From positions 256,001 through 320,000 of the forward strand of contig CAWCKH010000003.1 in the NCBI GenBank assembly GCA_963796055.1: a stretch of 64,000 nucleotides of DNA, given 5' to 3'. The stretch comes from an uncultured delta proteobacterium. GTDB lineage: Bacteria; Myxococcota; Myxococcia; Myxococcales; Myxococcaceae. Under the pieces are notes generated by a model that saw only the letters and a list, made by a program, of their open reading frames with translations, was not told the origin of the DNA and ran no database searches. This document shows positions 1 through 10,156 of the stretch, one piece after another. The translations under genes were made by a program, and so were the position numbers. Position 1 is the stretch's first letter, and every line of letters begins with the position of its first letter.

Positions 1-1
1 C

Positions 2-622
2 GCGGTGGTGGCCATCGTGACCGCGCTCTCCGAGACGCGGGACTGCGGGGCGCTCGCCCGGGCCGCCCGGAGCATCGACAAGGTGGCCCAGCGGCTGAAC
101 CGCTACGGCGACATCGAGGAGGCCTCCGAGGTCTTCGACGTCTATGTGCGCCGGCTGGTGGGTCAGGCGGCAGAGGTGTGCACCTCCATGACCGACTTCC
201 GCACCGTCCGGCGCCCGCTCCGGGACACGCTGGTCAAGGCGCCGAAGCTCGGCGGGCTCACCTACCCCACCACGCCCGAGGCGGCGAACACCCGGATGGC
301 GGAGATCCTCCGCGACCGCTGCCTCACCGACGTGGCGGTGAGCGGGGCCAGCGACTGTCCGGACATCTTCGCCGGCTACGCCCGGCTCTGTGATCAGCCG
401 GAGACCCTCCCCAAGGAGCTCTCCGTGGCCACCCCGGTCAAGGGCAAGCCCGACGCCGGCAGCGCCCGGGACGCCCGCGCCGACAGCGGCAAGGAGGCGG
501 CCGCGGTCGCCGCCCGGCTCGCCGCCAACCGCCAGGCCGACGCCGGCGGATGCGCCGTCATGAAGGAGATCTCGGTCCGCTACCCCCCGCCTGGTGCCGG
601 GCTCTCCGGGTCCGCCAAGTAA
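2..622 (+). CDS. Hypothetical protein, C-terminal part (5' end outside the window)
   Basis: Frame open from the window edge to TAA at 620-622 with coding-like GC3 bias; no recognisable domain. Confidence 0.7.
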   Translation, partial: AVVAIVTALSETRDCGALARAARSIDKVAQRLNRYGDIEEASEVFDVYVRRLVGQAAEVCTSMTDFRTVRRPLRDTLVKAPKLGGLTYPTTPEAANTRMAEILRDRCLTDVAVSGASDCPDIFAGYARLCDQPETLPKELSVATPVKGKPDAGSARDARADSGKEAAAVAARLAANRQADAGGCAVMKEISVRYPPPGAGLSGSAK

Positions 623-798
623 CGCCCGGGCAGCGAGCGTTCCCACACCATCGTGTCCCGCGGGCAGCCGGACGGCGTCGTGGTGTCATGCGCCAGCGTG
701 GTCACGTGCCGGAAGCCGGCCCGGCGGGCGACGGCGACGCTGTGGACGTTGCAACGCTTGAGCCGGGAGGGCCGCTTCGCCGAGGCTCGGGTCCGTCG

Positions 799-1857
799 AT
801 GCCCTCTCCGCCCCAGCTCGAGCTGTTCGGCCCCGCGCCCGGCGTGGCCGCCGAGCCCGAGCGGCCTCCCGAGCCGCCGGCCCCCGCTCCCTTCACCGAG
901 GAGCTTCGCGCGCTCGGGGGGCGTCTGCCCGGCGACCTCCGGCTCGGAACGAGCTCCTGGTCCTTCCCCGGGTGGACGGGCCTGGTCTACGCCCGCGAGG
1001 CCGCCCCGGAGCTGCTCGCCCGGGAGGGCCTGCCGGCGTACGCGCGACATCCGCTGTTCCGCACCGTGGGAGTGGACCGGACCTTCTACGGACCCGTTCC
1101 GATCGAGACCTTCCGTGCCTGGGCCGCTGCCGTCCCGGACGACTTTCGCTTCCTGGTGAAGGGGCACGAGGCGCTCACCCTCCCCCGCTTCCCGCTCCAC
1201 GAGCGCTACGGGGCGCGACGCGGCGAGGACAACCCCACGTTCCTCGACCCGGCGTACGCGCGGGACGCCGTCGTGGCCCCACTGGTCGAGGGGCTGGGGG
1301 CCAAGGCCGGACCGCTCGTCTTCCAGTTTCCACCGCAGGACGTCCAGGCGTTCGGGGGTCCCTCGGCGTTCGCCGACCGGCTGCACGCGTTCCTGGCCGC
1401 GCTCCCGGCCGGTCCGCTCTACGCCGTCGAGCTCCGCAACCGCGAGCTGGTCACCGCCGAGGTGGGCGATGTCCTGGAGGACGTGGGCGCGGTCCCGGTC
1501 CTCACCGCCTGGGGAAACCTTCCTCCACTTCCCCAGCAAGCCTGGCGGCTGCGGGCGCGGGCAGCGAGCGCGCTGGTGGTGCGGTGGATGCTCCCGCCCG
1601 AGCTCGGCTACGAGGAGGCCCGCGAGCTCTACGCCCCCTTCGACCGGCCGGTGAACGAGAACCCAGCCGTCCGCGGCGACATCGCCGGGCTGGCGGTGGA
1701 GGCGCTCTCCGACGGCCGCCCGGTCTACGTCACCGTCAACAACAAGGCCGAGGGCAGCGCGCCGGTGAGCGTGGAGCGGCTCGCGGCGGCGGTGGTGGCT
1801 CGCCTGGCGTCCCCCCTCAGTCCTCCGGCCGGCCGGGGTTCCGGCGGCCGAAGATGA
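799..1857 (+). CDS. DUF72 family protein
   Basis: LRLGTSSWSFPGW, VGVDRTFY, FRFLVK, FQFPP, YAVELRN, VNNKAEG motifs; ATG at 799 (MPSPPQLELF). Confidence 0.85.
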   Translation: MPSPPQLELFGPAPGVAAEPERPPEPPAPAPFTEELRALGGRLPGDLRLGTSSWSFPGWTGLVYAREAAPELLAREGLPAYARHPLFRTVGVDRTFYGPVPIETFRAWAAAVPDDFRFLVKGHEALTLPRFPLHERYGARRGEDNPTFLDPAYARDAVVAPLVEGLGAKAGPLVFQFPPQDVQAFGGPSAFADRLHAFLAALPAGPLYAVELRNRELVTAEVGDVLEDVGAVPVLTAWGNLPPLPQQAWRLRARAASALVVRWMLPPELGYEEARELYAPFDRPVNENPAVRGDIAGLAVEALSDGRPVYVTVNNKAEGSAPVSVERLAAAVVARLASPLSPPAGRGSGGRR

Positions 1858-2296
1858 CCCACGCCACCATGCTGAACACCACCTCGCCGGCGCTGTTCTC
1901 CAGGGCGTAGCCGAGCTTGACGCTGCCGCGGTCGGGCTTGCTCCGCGATGGCCGGGCCTCGAGTACCTCGAGGGTGAGGGTGAGCGGGTCGTCGGGCCGC
2001 ACCGGCCGGAGCCACTTCAGCTCCTCCAGCCCCGGGGAGCCCATGCTGGTGCTGCCCTCGAGCAGGCCGTCCACCACGACGCGCATGCTGAGGCAGGCGG
2101 TATGCCACCCGCTGGCGACCAGCCCGCCGAAATGCGTCTTCCGTGCCGCCTCCTCGTCCAGGTGGAACGACTGCGGATCCCACTCCCGGGCGAAGCGGAC
2201 GATGTCCTCGCGGGTCAGCGTGCGGGGCGGGAAGGTCCTGCGCCATCCGGGCACCAGATCTTCGTAGCTCAGCCTGCGACCCTCACCCTTGGTCAT
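1817..2296 (-). CDS. MaoC family dehydratase (hotdog fold)
   Basis: DPQSFHLDEEAA..THFGGLVASGWHT and KWLRPVRPDD; AAGGAG RBS before ATG at 2296. Confidence 0.9.
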   Translation of the reverse strand: MTKGEGRRLSYEDLVPGWRRTFPPRTLTREDIVRFAREWDPQSFHLDEEAARKTHFGGLVASGWHTACLSMRVVVDGLLEGSTSMGSPGLEELKWLRPVRPDDPLTLTLEVLEARPSRSKPDRGSVKLGYALENSAGEVVFSMVAWVIFGRRNPGRPED

Positions 2297-2379
2297 CGAC
2301 GTGCTCCTTGGTGTGCGCACGCCCCCTCGTCTAGCGTGCGACGCCGCTCCGCGCCTGCTCCAGGGAAGGAAAGCTCTCC

Positions 2380-3270
2380 ATGTCGTCGCCGCATCGTCCC
2401 ATGCTCGGCATCATCGGTGGCACCGGAATGCCGGAGGCGCTGGGCTCGCTCGGACATGGCGAGCAGCACCGGGTGGACACGCCGTTCGGGCCGCCCTCGT
2501 CGCCGATCACCGTGGTGGAGCTCGGGGGTGCGCCGGTGGCTCTGCTCCCCCGGCACGGCGAAGGTCACCGGTTCCCGCCCGGACGGGTCCCCTACCGGGC
2601 GAACGTCTTCGCGCTCAAGGCGGTGGGGGTGACCCACGTCCTGGCCACCGCGGCGGTGGGCTCGCTCCGGGAGGAGATCCGCCCCGGCGAGCTGGTGGTT
2701 CCGGACCAGATCATCGACCGCACCTTCCGCCGCGAGCCGACCTTCTTCGACGACCTCGCCGTGCACGTGGAGCTCGCCCAGCCGTTCTGCGAGTCGCTGC
2801 GGAGGGTGCTGCTGTCCGCGCAGTCCGGCGTCCGGGTGCACGACGGCGGCACCTACGTGTGCATGGAGGGCCCGCAGTTCTCCACCCGCGCCGAGAGCGA
2901 CCTGCACCGGGCCTGGGGCGCCCACCTCATCGGGATGACCCTGGTGCCCGAGGCCAAGCTCGCCCGGGAGGCCGAGCTCTGCTACGCGGCGGTCAACCTG
3001 GTCACCGACTACGACTGCTGGCGCCCGCACCCCACGGAGCTGGGCGGACAGGAGCTGCTGGAGGAGATCATCGGGAACCTCCGGACCACGACGGCAGCCG
3101 CGATGGCGCTCCTCCGCTCGGCGCTCCCCGCCGTCCAGGCGCTGGCCGCCACCGGGTGCGGCTGTCAGAAGTCACTGGAGCGGGCCATCTTCACCTCCGG
3201 CACGCAAATCCACGAGGACACCCGCAGGAAGCTCGACGTCCTTCTCCGCCGCGCGCTCCGGAACCGCTGA
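2380..3270 (+). CDS. mtnP: S-methyl-5'-thioadenosine phosphorylase
   Basis: GIIGGTG, DTPFGPPS, LPRHGEGH, CMEGPQFSTRAES, IGMT..PEAKLAREAE, VTDYDCW. Confidence 0.92.
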   Translation: MSSPHRPMLGIIGGTGMPEALGSLGHGEQHRVDTPFGPPSSPITVVELGGAPVALLPRHGEGHRFPPGRVPYRANVFALKAVGVTHVLATAAVGSLREEIRPGELVVPDQIIDRTFRREPTFFDDLAVHVELAQPFCESLRRVLLSAQSGVRVHDGGTYVCMEGPQFSTRAESDLHRAWGAHLIGMTLVPEAKLAREAELCYAAVNLVTDYDCWRPHPTELGGQELLEEIIGNLRTTTAAAMALLRSALPAVQALAATGCGCQKSLERAIFTSGTQIHEDTRRKLDVLLRRALRNR

Positions 3271-3350
3271 GCAAGGTCGCTGGCGCGCCGCTGCGCAGTT
3301 CCTCAGGCGTCCCCCTGGTGCGGGGCGCTGAGCCTGGCCGGGCGGCGCCC

Positions 3351-4574
3351 TCACTCGTGCCGGAGCGCCTCGACCGGGTCGAGCTGGGCCGCGCGGGCCG
3401 CCGGCCATATCCCGAAGACCAGGCCCACCGCCGCGGCGAAGCCGATGCCTCCGGCGATGGTTGCCGGTTGCACCGCGGCGGCGAGCGGCGTGGCCATCGA
3501 GACCACCTTCGCCAGCCCGAGCCCGAGGAGCGTCCCGATCGTTCCGCCGATGGCCGACACTCCGGCCGCCTCGAGGAGAAACTGCACCACGATGGTCCTC
3601 CGGCGGGCGCCGAGCGCGCGCCGTACGCCGATCTCCCGGGTGCGCTCGCGCACCGAGACCAGCATCACGTTCATGATGCCGATTCCTCCCACCAGCAGGG
3701 TGATCAGCCCCACGCCCAGCGCCACGCCGTAGAGCGCGCCGGTGAGCTCGGCGTAGGTGTTCGCCAGCTGCTCGGGACGGTTGATGCTGAAGTCGCTCTC
3801 CTTCTCGGGGGCGATGGCGCGAGCGCGGCGGAGCGCGATCTCCACCTGGTCCTGGACCTGGAGGAGATCCACCCCGGGGGCACCGGCCACGCCGATGGTG
3901 AGCTGCCGCTTGCTTCCGAAGTCGGAGAGAAACGTCTTCAGCGGGACCTGGATCGCCAGATCCTGGTTCTGGCCGAGGATCTTCCCCTTGCGCGCCAGCA
4001 CCCCGATGACCCGAAATGGGCGATTGCCGATCCGGATGCTCTGGCCGAGAGGATTGGCGGTGGGGAAGAGCCCATCCGCCACGTCCGCGCCCAGCACTGC
4101 CACCGAGCTCGAGTTGTCGTTCTCCGGCCCGCTCAGGAAACGGCCCGCGGTGACCTCCCACCCGGCGACGGCAGGGAAGTCGGCGGTGGTCCCCTGGATC
4201 CGGACATTGGCCAGGGCGAGGCTGGAGAACTTCACCTCGTCGGTCTTGAAGGTCATCGGCGCCACCGCCACGACCTCCGGCAGCTCCCGGAGCTGCTCCG
4301 CCAGGGGCGGCGTCAGCTCACGGCGGTTCCGGTACTTGAAGAACTCTCCGCGCATGATCCACGGGAACTTGGTCACGTACATCGAGTTCCCGCCGAGGCT
4401 CGCCAGCTGCTGCGCGAAGGAGGAATTCAGCCCCTGGATGATGCCCACGATGGCCAGCAGGGTGCAGACGCCGATCCCGATGCCCACCGTGGTGAGCAGC
4501 GTCCGCAGGCGGTTGGCCCGCAGCGCCAGGACGGCGATCTTCCCGCCCTCCACGACGTCGATGCGCATCCCCAT
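3351..4574 (-). CDS. MacB/FtsX-type ABC transporter permease
   Basis: LRANRLRTLLT, VGGIGIMNVMLVSVRERTREIGVRRALGA, PAARAAQLDPVEALRHE. Confidence 0.92.
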   Translation of the reverse strand: MGMRIDVVEGGKIAVLALRANRLRTLLTTVGIGIGVCTLLAIVGIIQGLNSSFAQQLASLGGNSMYVTKFPWIMRGEFFKYRNRRELTPPLAEQLRELPEVVAVAPMTFKTDEVKFSSLALANVRIQGTTADFPAVAGWEVTAGRFLSGPENDNSSSVAVLGADVADGLFPTANPLGQSIRIGNRPFRVIGVLARKGKILGQNQDLAIQVPLKTFLSDFGSKRQLTIGVAGAPGVDLLQVQDQVEIALRRARAIAPEKESDFSINRPEQLANTYAELTGALYGVALGVGLITLLVGGIGIMNVMLVSVRERTREIGVRRALGARRRTIVVQFLLEAAGVSAIGGTIGTLLGLGLAKVVSMATPLAAAVQPATIAGGIGFAAAVGLVFGIWPAARAAQLDPVEALRHE

Positions 4575-4628
4575 GCCGGTCGAGGACCTCCGCTTCCGGG
4601 GAGCATGACGCCGATCGGCGCGGTCGAT

Positions 4629-4644
4629 TGCAACACCGGTGCCC
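4629..4644 (-). promoter_or_regulatory. Putative sigma-54 (-24/-12) promoter of the ABC permease
   Basis: Minus strand GGGCACCGGTGTTGCA matches TGGCAC-N5-TTGCA, about 55 nt upstream of the ATG. Confidence 0.6.
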
Positions 4645-4693
4645 GTCGGCGGCCCGGTCTGGCCCACTGGCTGCACGGGCGCGGCGGTCTGCC

Positions 4694-5620
4694 TTACCCT
4701 GGGCCTTGCATCCGGCTCCGGGTCGCGGCCCGGGTCTCCTCCAGCTCCTCCAGGCTCCGCGGCCAGTCCTCCTTGAGGAGGCGCGACAGCGACCGGTCTG
4801 CGAGCAGTCGGCCCCCGGTCTGGCAGGCGGCGCAGTAGTTGGTCTCGTTGTCGGCGTGGACGATGCGCTGAACGGGCGAGCCGCAGTCCGGGCAGGGCTT
4901 CCGGTACCGGCCGTGCACCGCCATGCCCTCGCGAAAGGCGGTCACCTTCTCCGGGAAGCCGCTCCCGGCCTCCTCGCGCAGCCTGTCGGTCCAGGTCCTG
5001 AGCACGGACCGCGTCACCTCGTGGAGCCGCCGGACCTCCGCGTCGTCCAGCCGCTGGGAGAGCGCCACGGGCGAGAGCCGAGCGGCATGGAGGATCTCGT
5101 CGGAGTAGGCGTTCCCGATGCCGCTGAACAGCCGCGGATCGGTGAGCGCTCGCTTGAGGGTGTGGTTCTCGCGCCGAAGGGCGGCGCCGAACTGCTCCAT
5201 CGTCGCCTCCATCGGGTCGATGCCCCCCCGATCGAGGGCACGCACCGCCTCCTCGCCGCGCAGCAGCCACAGCTGGGCTCGCTTCCTGGGGCTCGCCTCG
5301 GTCAGCACCAGGGTCCCGGTGGGAAAGTCGAAGGCGGCCAGGCCGACCCGGCCCGGCACCGGCGCCCCCCGTGGCTTCCAGTGCAGCCGCCCGGCGATCA
5401 TGAGATGCAGCACCAGGAAGAGTCCGTCCTCGAGCACGAACACCAGACGCTTGCCCTGCCGCCGCAGGGCGGTCACCCGCTTGCCGGTCGCCTCGCGGAG
5501 CGGTGGGTCCGCAGTGCGCACCAGCGCCGGCCCGCGCACCCGCACACCCTGCAGCGGCTGGCCGAGCACCCGGGGCCCGAGCGCCTCGAGGTAGACGGTG
5601 ACGTCAGGGTACTCGGGCAC
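4694..5620 (-). CDS. Fpg/Nei family DNA glycosylase/AP lyase
   Basis: N-terminal PEYPDV, HLMIAG, H2TH motif SGIGNAYSDEIL, zinc finger CPDC...YCAACQ. Confidence 0.9.
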   Translation of the reverse strand: MPEYPDVTVYLEALGPRVLGQPLQGVRVRGPALVRTADPPLREATGKRVTALRRQGKRLVFVLEDGLFLVLHLMIAGRLHWKPRGAPVPGRVGLAAFDFPTGTLVLTEASPRKRAQLWLLRGEEAVRALDRGGIDPMEATMEQFGAALRRENHTLKRALTDPRLFSGIGNAYSDEILHAARLSPVALSQRLDDAEVRRLHEVTRSVLRTWTDRLREEAGSGFPEKVTAFREGMAVHGRYRKPCPDCGSPVQRIVHADNETNYCAACQTGGRLLADRSLSRLLKEDWPRSLEELEETRAATRSRMQGPG

Positions 5621-6534
5621 TAGACCGCCCTCTTGGTGCCCGGAACGAAGAAGCTCGGGAGCGACTCGCCGAGGAAGGTCTTCAGGGCGCGGGCGGCGGC
5701 GTTGAGGTAGCCCTCACCCCGGTGCAGCAGCGCCACCTGGCGCTTCACTCCACCCTGCCCCACCTCCACCACCTCGAAGCCGCGGCCGGTCCGCTCCCGG
5801 GCCATGATCGACGGGAGCAGGGCGATGCCGAGCCCCCGCTCCACCATCCGCCGCATCGCCTCGGGGTTGTCCGTCTCCAGCACCACGTTCAGCGGCTCGC
5901 CGGCCGCCTCGGCCGCGGTCTCCAGCGCCCGCGTCCCGGCCACGTTGGGCATCACCACCAGCGGCAGGCGGATCACCTCGCGGAGCGCCACCGGCTTCCT
6001 GGCCTCGGCGAGGGGGTGCCCGCGGGGCACGGCCAGCACGAAGTCCTCGCTCCACAGCTTCTGCTGGACCAGATCCACCCGCCGCACCGGGAGCGTCAGC
6101 ACCGCCAGGTCCAGCTCGCCCTTCGCCACCCGGTCCTCGAGCCCCTCCGAGGTCTGCTCCACCAGCCGCAGCCGCACGTCGGGGTAGAGCTTGTGAAACC
6201 GGGGCAGGAGCTCCGGGAGCAGGTACGCGCCCACGGTGGGCAGCGTGCCGAGCGCCACCAGCCCGCTCGCCTTGCCGGTCAACGCGGTCAGCTCGCTCGC
6301 GCCCCGCTGCAGAGCGTCCAGCGCCCGCTGCGCGTGCACCAGGTACCGCTCACCGGCGGCGGTCAGCACCACCCCGCGCGGGGTCCGCACTAGCAGCCGC
6401 GTTCCCAGCTCCCGCTCGAGCGACTGGACCTGCCGGCTCAACCCCGACTGGGACATTCCCAGACGGCGGGCGGCGCTCACGAAGCGCTTCTCCTGCGCCA
6501 GGGTCAGGAAGGCGCCGAGCTGGTCGGTGGTCAC
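5620..6534 (-). CDS. LysR family transcriptional regulator
   Basis: HTH FVSAARRLGMSQSGLSRQVQSLERELG..LLVR plus substrate-binding domain; GTG at 6534 after GGAG. Confidence 0.93.
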   Translation of the reverse strand: MTTDQLGAFLTLAQEKRFVSAARRLGMSQSGLSRQVQSLERELGTRLLVRTPRGVVLTAAGERYLVHAQRALDALQRGASELTALTGKASGLVALGTLPTVGAYLLPELLPRFHKLYPDVRLRLVEQTSEGLEDRVAKGELDLAVLTLPVRRVDLVQQKLWSEDFVLAVPRGHPLAEARKPVALREVIRLPLVVMPNVAGTRALETAAEAAGEPLNVVLETDNPEAMRRMVERGLGIALLPSIMARERTGRGFEVVEVGQGGVKRQVALLHRGEGYLNAAARALKTFLGESLPSFFVPGTKRAV

Positions 6535-6595
6535 GTTCGCTCCAGGGTCCCATCCCGGGGCGACCCGCGCCCCGCGCAAGGAGAGTATGCGCGTG

Positions 6596-6610
6596 ATGCG
6601 CTCCCTGCAT
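6596..6610. promoter_or_regulatory. Putative LysR binding site (T-N11-A dyad)
   Basis: ATGC-N7-GCAT in the short divergent spacer between the LysR and MFS genes. Confidence 0.55.
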
Positions 6611-6639
6611 GGGAATTCTCTGGTTAAGACCGTTCCAGC

Positions 6640-8028
6640 ATGGAGACCTCGAGCACCCTTCCCTGGCAGGCCGCTGCCCCCGGTCGAGAGCGCCGGAGTG
6701 CCACCGCGGCGGTGCTCCTCGGCCTGGTGGTGAGCGCCTTCGAGACCACGGTGGTCACCACCGCCATGCCCACCCTCACCGCCGAGCTCGACGGCCGGGC
6801 GCTCTACGCCTGGGTCTTCACCGGGTTCCTCCTGGCCAGCACGGTCGGCGTGCTCCTCGCAGGGCGCCTCTCGGACCAGCTCGGCCGCCGGGGAACCTTC
6901 GTCGGCGGGATGGGGCTCTTCCTGCTCGGCTCGGTGCTCTGTGGCTTCTCCACCAGCGTCCCGATGCTGGTCGCCTTCCGGATCCTGCAGGGCCTCGGGG
7001 CCGGCGTGGTGCAACCCACCACCCTGACCATCAGCTCCGACCTCTACACGCTCGAGGAGCGGGCGGCGATCCAGAGCGTCTTCACCGGGGCCTGGGGACT
7101 GGCCTCGGTCATCGGGCCGGTGATGGGCGCGCTCCTCACCCAGCACCTCGGGTGGCGGAGCGTGTTCTGGGTCAACGTGCCGGTGGGGCTGCTGGCCGTC
7201 GCGCTCCTGCAGCGTTCCTACCGCGACCCGCCTCGCCGCGAGGCCCGGCGCCCGGAGCTCGGCGGCCCGACTCTGGGCGCGCTCTCCATGGCGCTGCTGC
7301 TCCTCGGGCTCGAGCCTGCGGCGCTCCCCACCCCGGTCGTCCTGCTGGTGCTGCTCGCCGCGGGGCTGACCGCCTGGTCATTCGTTCGCCAGCAGCGCCG
7401 GAGCGCCAATCCGCTCGTCCCGCCCGCGGTGCTCCGGGACCCGACGGTGCGCGCGGGGCTGCTGGGAGGGCTGATGGCGGGCGGCGTTCTGTACACGCTC
7501 AGCGCCTACGTGCCGCTGTGGATGTCGCACGGTGGGCACTCCGCGCTTGGCGCCGGCGTGGCCCTGGTGCCGCTCCTCGCCGGCTGGGCGCTGGGCAGCT
7601 CCTTCGGGGTGAAGCTGCTGCTCCGGGGCGGGCTGCGCGCCTCCGCGGGACTCGGCTTTCTCCTGGCAGGCGCGGGTGGCGCCCTGTTCGGGCTCGCGCT
7701 CTGGCACGGGGCTGCGGTGGGCTGGCTGTACGCCGCGCTGGGGCTTCTCGGCCTCGGGCTGGGCCCGGCGGCGAGCACCAGCATCCTCGCCCCCCAGGCC
7801 CGGGTGCGCTGGGAGCAGCGCGGAGCGGTCACCAGCGCGGTCTACGCCTGCCGGATGCTCGGTGGCAGCCTGGCCATCGCACTGGTCAATCTCCTGGCAG
7901 GCTCCGAGCCGAGACAGGTGCTGCTGGTGGTGGGCATCGCCGCGGCCGGCGCGCTGGCCATCGAGCGGCTCGCCCCCGGCGCCGAAGGCGGCGGACGCGC
8001 CGCGCTGGCCAGCCCCGTGCTCGACTGA
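6640..8028 (+). CDS. MFS drug-efflux-type transporter (DHA2-like)
   Basis: GRLSDQLGRR motif A, FRILQGLGAG, WRSVFWVNVPVG; many TM segments. Confidence 0.9.
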   Translation: METSSTLPWQAAAPGRERRSATAAVLLGLVVSAFETTVVTTAMPTLTAELDGRALYAWVFTGFLLASTVGVLLAGRLSDQLGRRGTFVGGMGLFLLGSVLCGFSTSVPMLVAFRILQGLGAGVVQPTTLTISSDLYTLEERAAIQSVFTGAWGLASVIGPVMGALLTQHLGWRSVFWVNVPVGLLAVALLQRSYRDPPRREARRPELGGPTLGALSMALLLLGLEPAALPTPVVLLVLLAAGLTAWSFVRQQRRSANPLVPPAVLRDPTVRAGLLGGLMAGGVLYTLSAYVPLWMSHGGHSALGAGVALVPLLAGWALGSSFGVKLLLRGGLRASAGLGFLLAGAGGALFGLALWHGAAVGWLYAALGLLGLGLGPAASTSILAPQARVRWEQRGAVTSAVYACRMLGGSLAIALVNLLAGSEPRQVLLVVGIAAAGALAIERLAPGAEGGGRAALASPVLD

Positions 8029-8036
8029 CCCGCTGC

Positions 8037-8362
8037 TCAGGGCCGCTCGAGCCAGGCCCCGCGGAGCAGCACCCCCGGCGGATGGCGGAGCACCGAGACG
8101 TCCTGCCGCGGATCTCCGTCGATGGACACCAGATCTGCCCGGGCCCCCGGGGCGACGGTGCCGATCTCCCCACCCGTCCCAGGAACTCCGCCGGCCAGCT
8201 CGTCGCCGCCCGGAGCGCATCGAGCGGAGTGAGTCCCGACGCCACCAGCTCCTCGAGCTCGTCGTGCAGCGACGTTCCGGGTTAGGTCGCGCCGATGCCC
8301 GAGTCCGTGCCGGCCAGGAGCCGCGCCCCGGCCGCATGCAGCGCTCCCACCAGGATCCGCCG
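8037..8362 (-). pseudogene. Amidohydrolase C-terminal remnant
   Basis: LVGALHAAGARLLAGTDSGIGAT*PGTSLHDELEELVASGLTPLDALRAAT then a frameshift to EIGTVAPGARADLVSIDGDP; in-frame TAA near 8283, N-terminus absent. Confidence 0.75.
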
Positions 8363-8593
8363 CGTGCACGAAGGCGATGCTGCCGGGGGCGAGCACCGGC
8401 CGCAGCGCCAGACCCTCGGTCGTGCCGTCCGGGCCTGCGTCCGGCACCGCCGTTCCTGGCCGCGAACCCGGACAGCTCACCAGGGCCAGTACGGGGAGCC
8501 AGCTGGAGGGGGAGCCGCATCGGGCGGGCACCGCGCCCCGGGACCGGTCTGCACTGGTGTCTTTGCACCCGTTGTGAGGGACTGCCCGAGCGC

Positions 8594-9709
8594 ATGGACC
8601 CGCTCGTCCTCGAGAAAGCCGCCATCCTCTGCTACCGGCTCTACGACGTGGCGGACGAGATCGACCTCGCGGTCGCCGAGTCGCTGCTCGCCCGGGACGT
8701 CCGCCGGCTGCGGCTGAGCCGCTCCGGGGCGGAGTACCTGCTGCTGCCCAACCCGCCCCTGGTGGTGGGGCTGGGGCGGCGCTCGCTCGCCCTCCCCGAG
8801 GGGCACGTTCGAGGTGGAGGCCCGCGCGCGTCTCTACGACTTCGGCGCGGCCTCCATCGTCCTCGCCGTGCCGGTGCCTCCGGGAACCGCGCTGGACGCG
8901 CTCGCGCCCCTGGCCGACCGTCTGTACGACGGGCCGGAGGTGAACGCCCTCGCCCTGGAGCTGGTGGAGGGGCTGCGCAAGGGGGTGGCACCGGCGATGG
9001 AGAACCCGCACCTCTGGAGCCAGGTGGAGAGCTACGCAGTGGTCTTCGTCGAGGCCTTCCGAGGCTCGCCCACCGCGCAGGAGGTGCTGCGAGCAAGCCG
9101 ACCTCGCCCGGCTGCTCCTCGGCGAGACCACGGTGCCCGAGCTCTCGGCTGCCGAGCGCGCCGACGTGACCCGCCGCCACTTCAGCTACGGGACCAGGGA
9201 CCTGGTGGTCGTCGACTGGAACGCGGCGTTCGTCTACGAGCCCTCGGGCTCGGAGGACATCCCGGACATCCTGGAAATCGCCAACGCCCAGCTGCTCGAG
9301 CTCCGCTACTACGACGAGATGCTGGACCGCAGGCTGGCGGCGGGTGAACGAGCGGCTGAAGCGAGAGCGTCGGCGGATCGGCTCGTTCTTCCGGAGCCCC
9401 TATCCCTCGCTCGCCCGGCAGGTGCAGCTCACCCTGCTGGAGATGAACGAGTTCATCGAGCGGGTGGAGAACTCGCTGAAGATCATCGGCGACTTCTACC
9501 TGGCGAAGGTCTACGAGTCCGCGGTGGAGCAGCTGCGGATCCCGGCCTGGAAGGCCTCGGTGACGCGGAAGCAGCAGATGCTGGGCGACGTCTACGGCTG
9601 GCTCAAGGGCGAGGTGGACACCGCGCGCTCGTTCACCCTCGAGCTGATGATCGTGCTGCTCATCGTCGTCGAGCTCGTCGTGGCCGCGAGCTCGCTCTTC
9701 CGACGGTGA
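8594..9709 (+). pseudogene. RMD1/DUF155-like membrane-tailed protein split by three +1 frameshifts (possibly sequencing error)
   Basis: Coherent protein across four segments: YRLYDVADEIDL / ARLYDFGAASI / DLVVVDWNAAFVYEP..LEIANAQLLELRYYD / ERVENSLKIIGDFYLAKVY..LELMIVLLIVVE; shifts near 8801, 9090, 9340. Confidence 0.7.
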
Positions 9710-9723
9710 GCCGGGGCCGAGGG

Positions 9724-10156
9724 CTAGCTCCCGCCGTCGCGGACCGCCGGATCGCTGCAGGCCACCGCCACGCCTGCATCCCCCGGCGGGGCAGACCAGG
9801 CAGGTCGCCCCCGACAGCCACTGCTCCTGCGCGGACCCGTACATCCCCGGGTTGGCCAGCAGCACTCCCTGCTGCGAGGGATCGACGGTGAAGCGCGGCG
9901 ACCCGGACCACTGCGGGAGGACCACCGCCTCCCCGTCCGCGGCCCACTCCGTCTCCCCGTTCAGCGGGGCATCACAGCCCAGGTCGCGCACCTCGGCGAG
10001 GTTGTTGGGGCTGCCGAAGAAGATGCTGGTCGCCCGGCCTGGCCGGTCCACGTGGAACCATCCCTCGAACCCGGTCGGGGGTGTGGTCGCCGCCCCGAAG
10101 AGGTTGCAGGCCCCGAGCAATCCCAGGACCAGGGCCAGCAGCAAGACGCGGCTCAT
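9724..10156 (-). CDS. Cys-containing lipoprotein, one apparent frameshift near 9790
   Basis: Lipobox LLGAC; ATG overlaps the MMPL stop (ATGA); natural-looking tail PPGDAGVAVACSDPAVRDGGS* lies in the shifted frame. Confidence 0.6.

Noticed and set aside
8282..8284. In-frame stop in the amidohydrolase as recoding
   Set aside because: It is TAA, not TGA/TAG, and comes with a frameshift and truncation
8594..9709. Programmed triple frameshifting
   Set aside because: No shared slippery motif or stimulatory structure; indel error or decay is simpler
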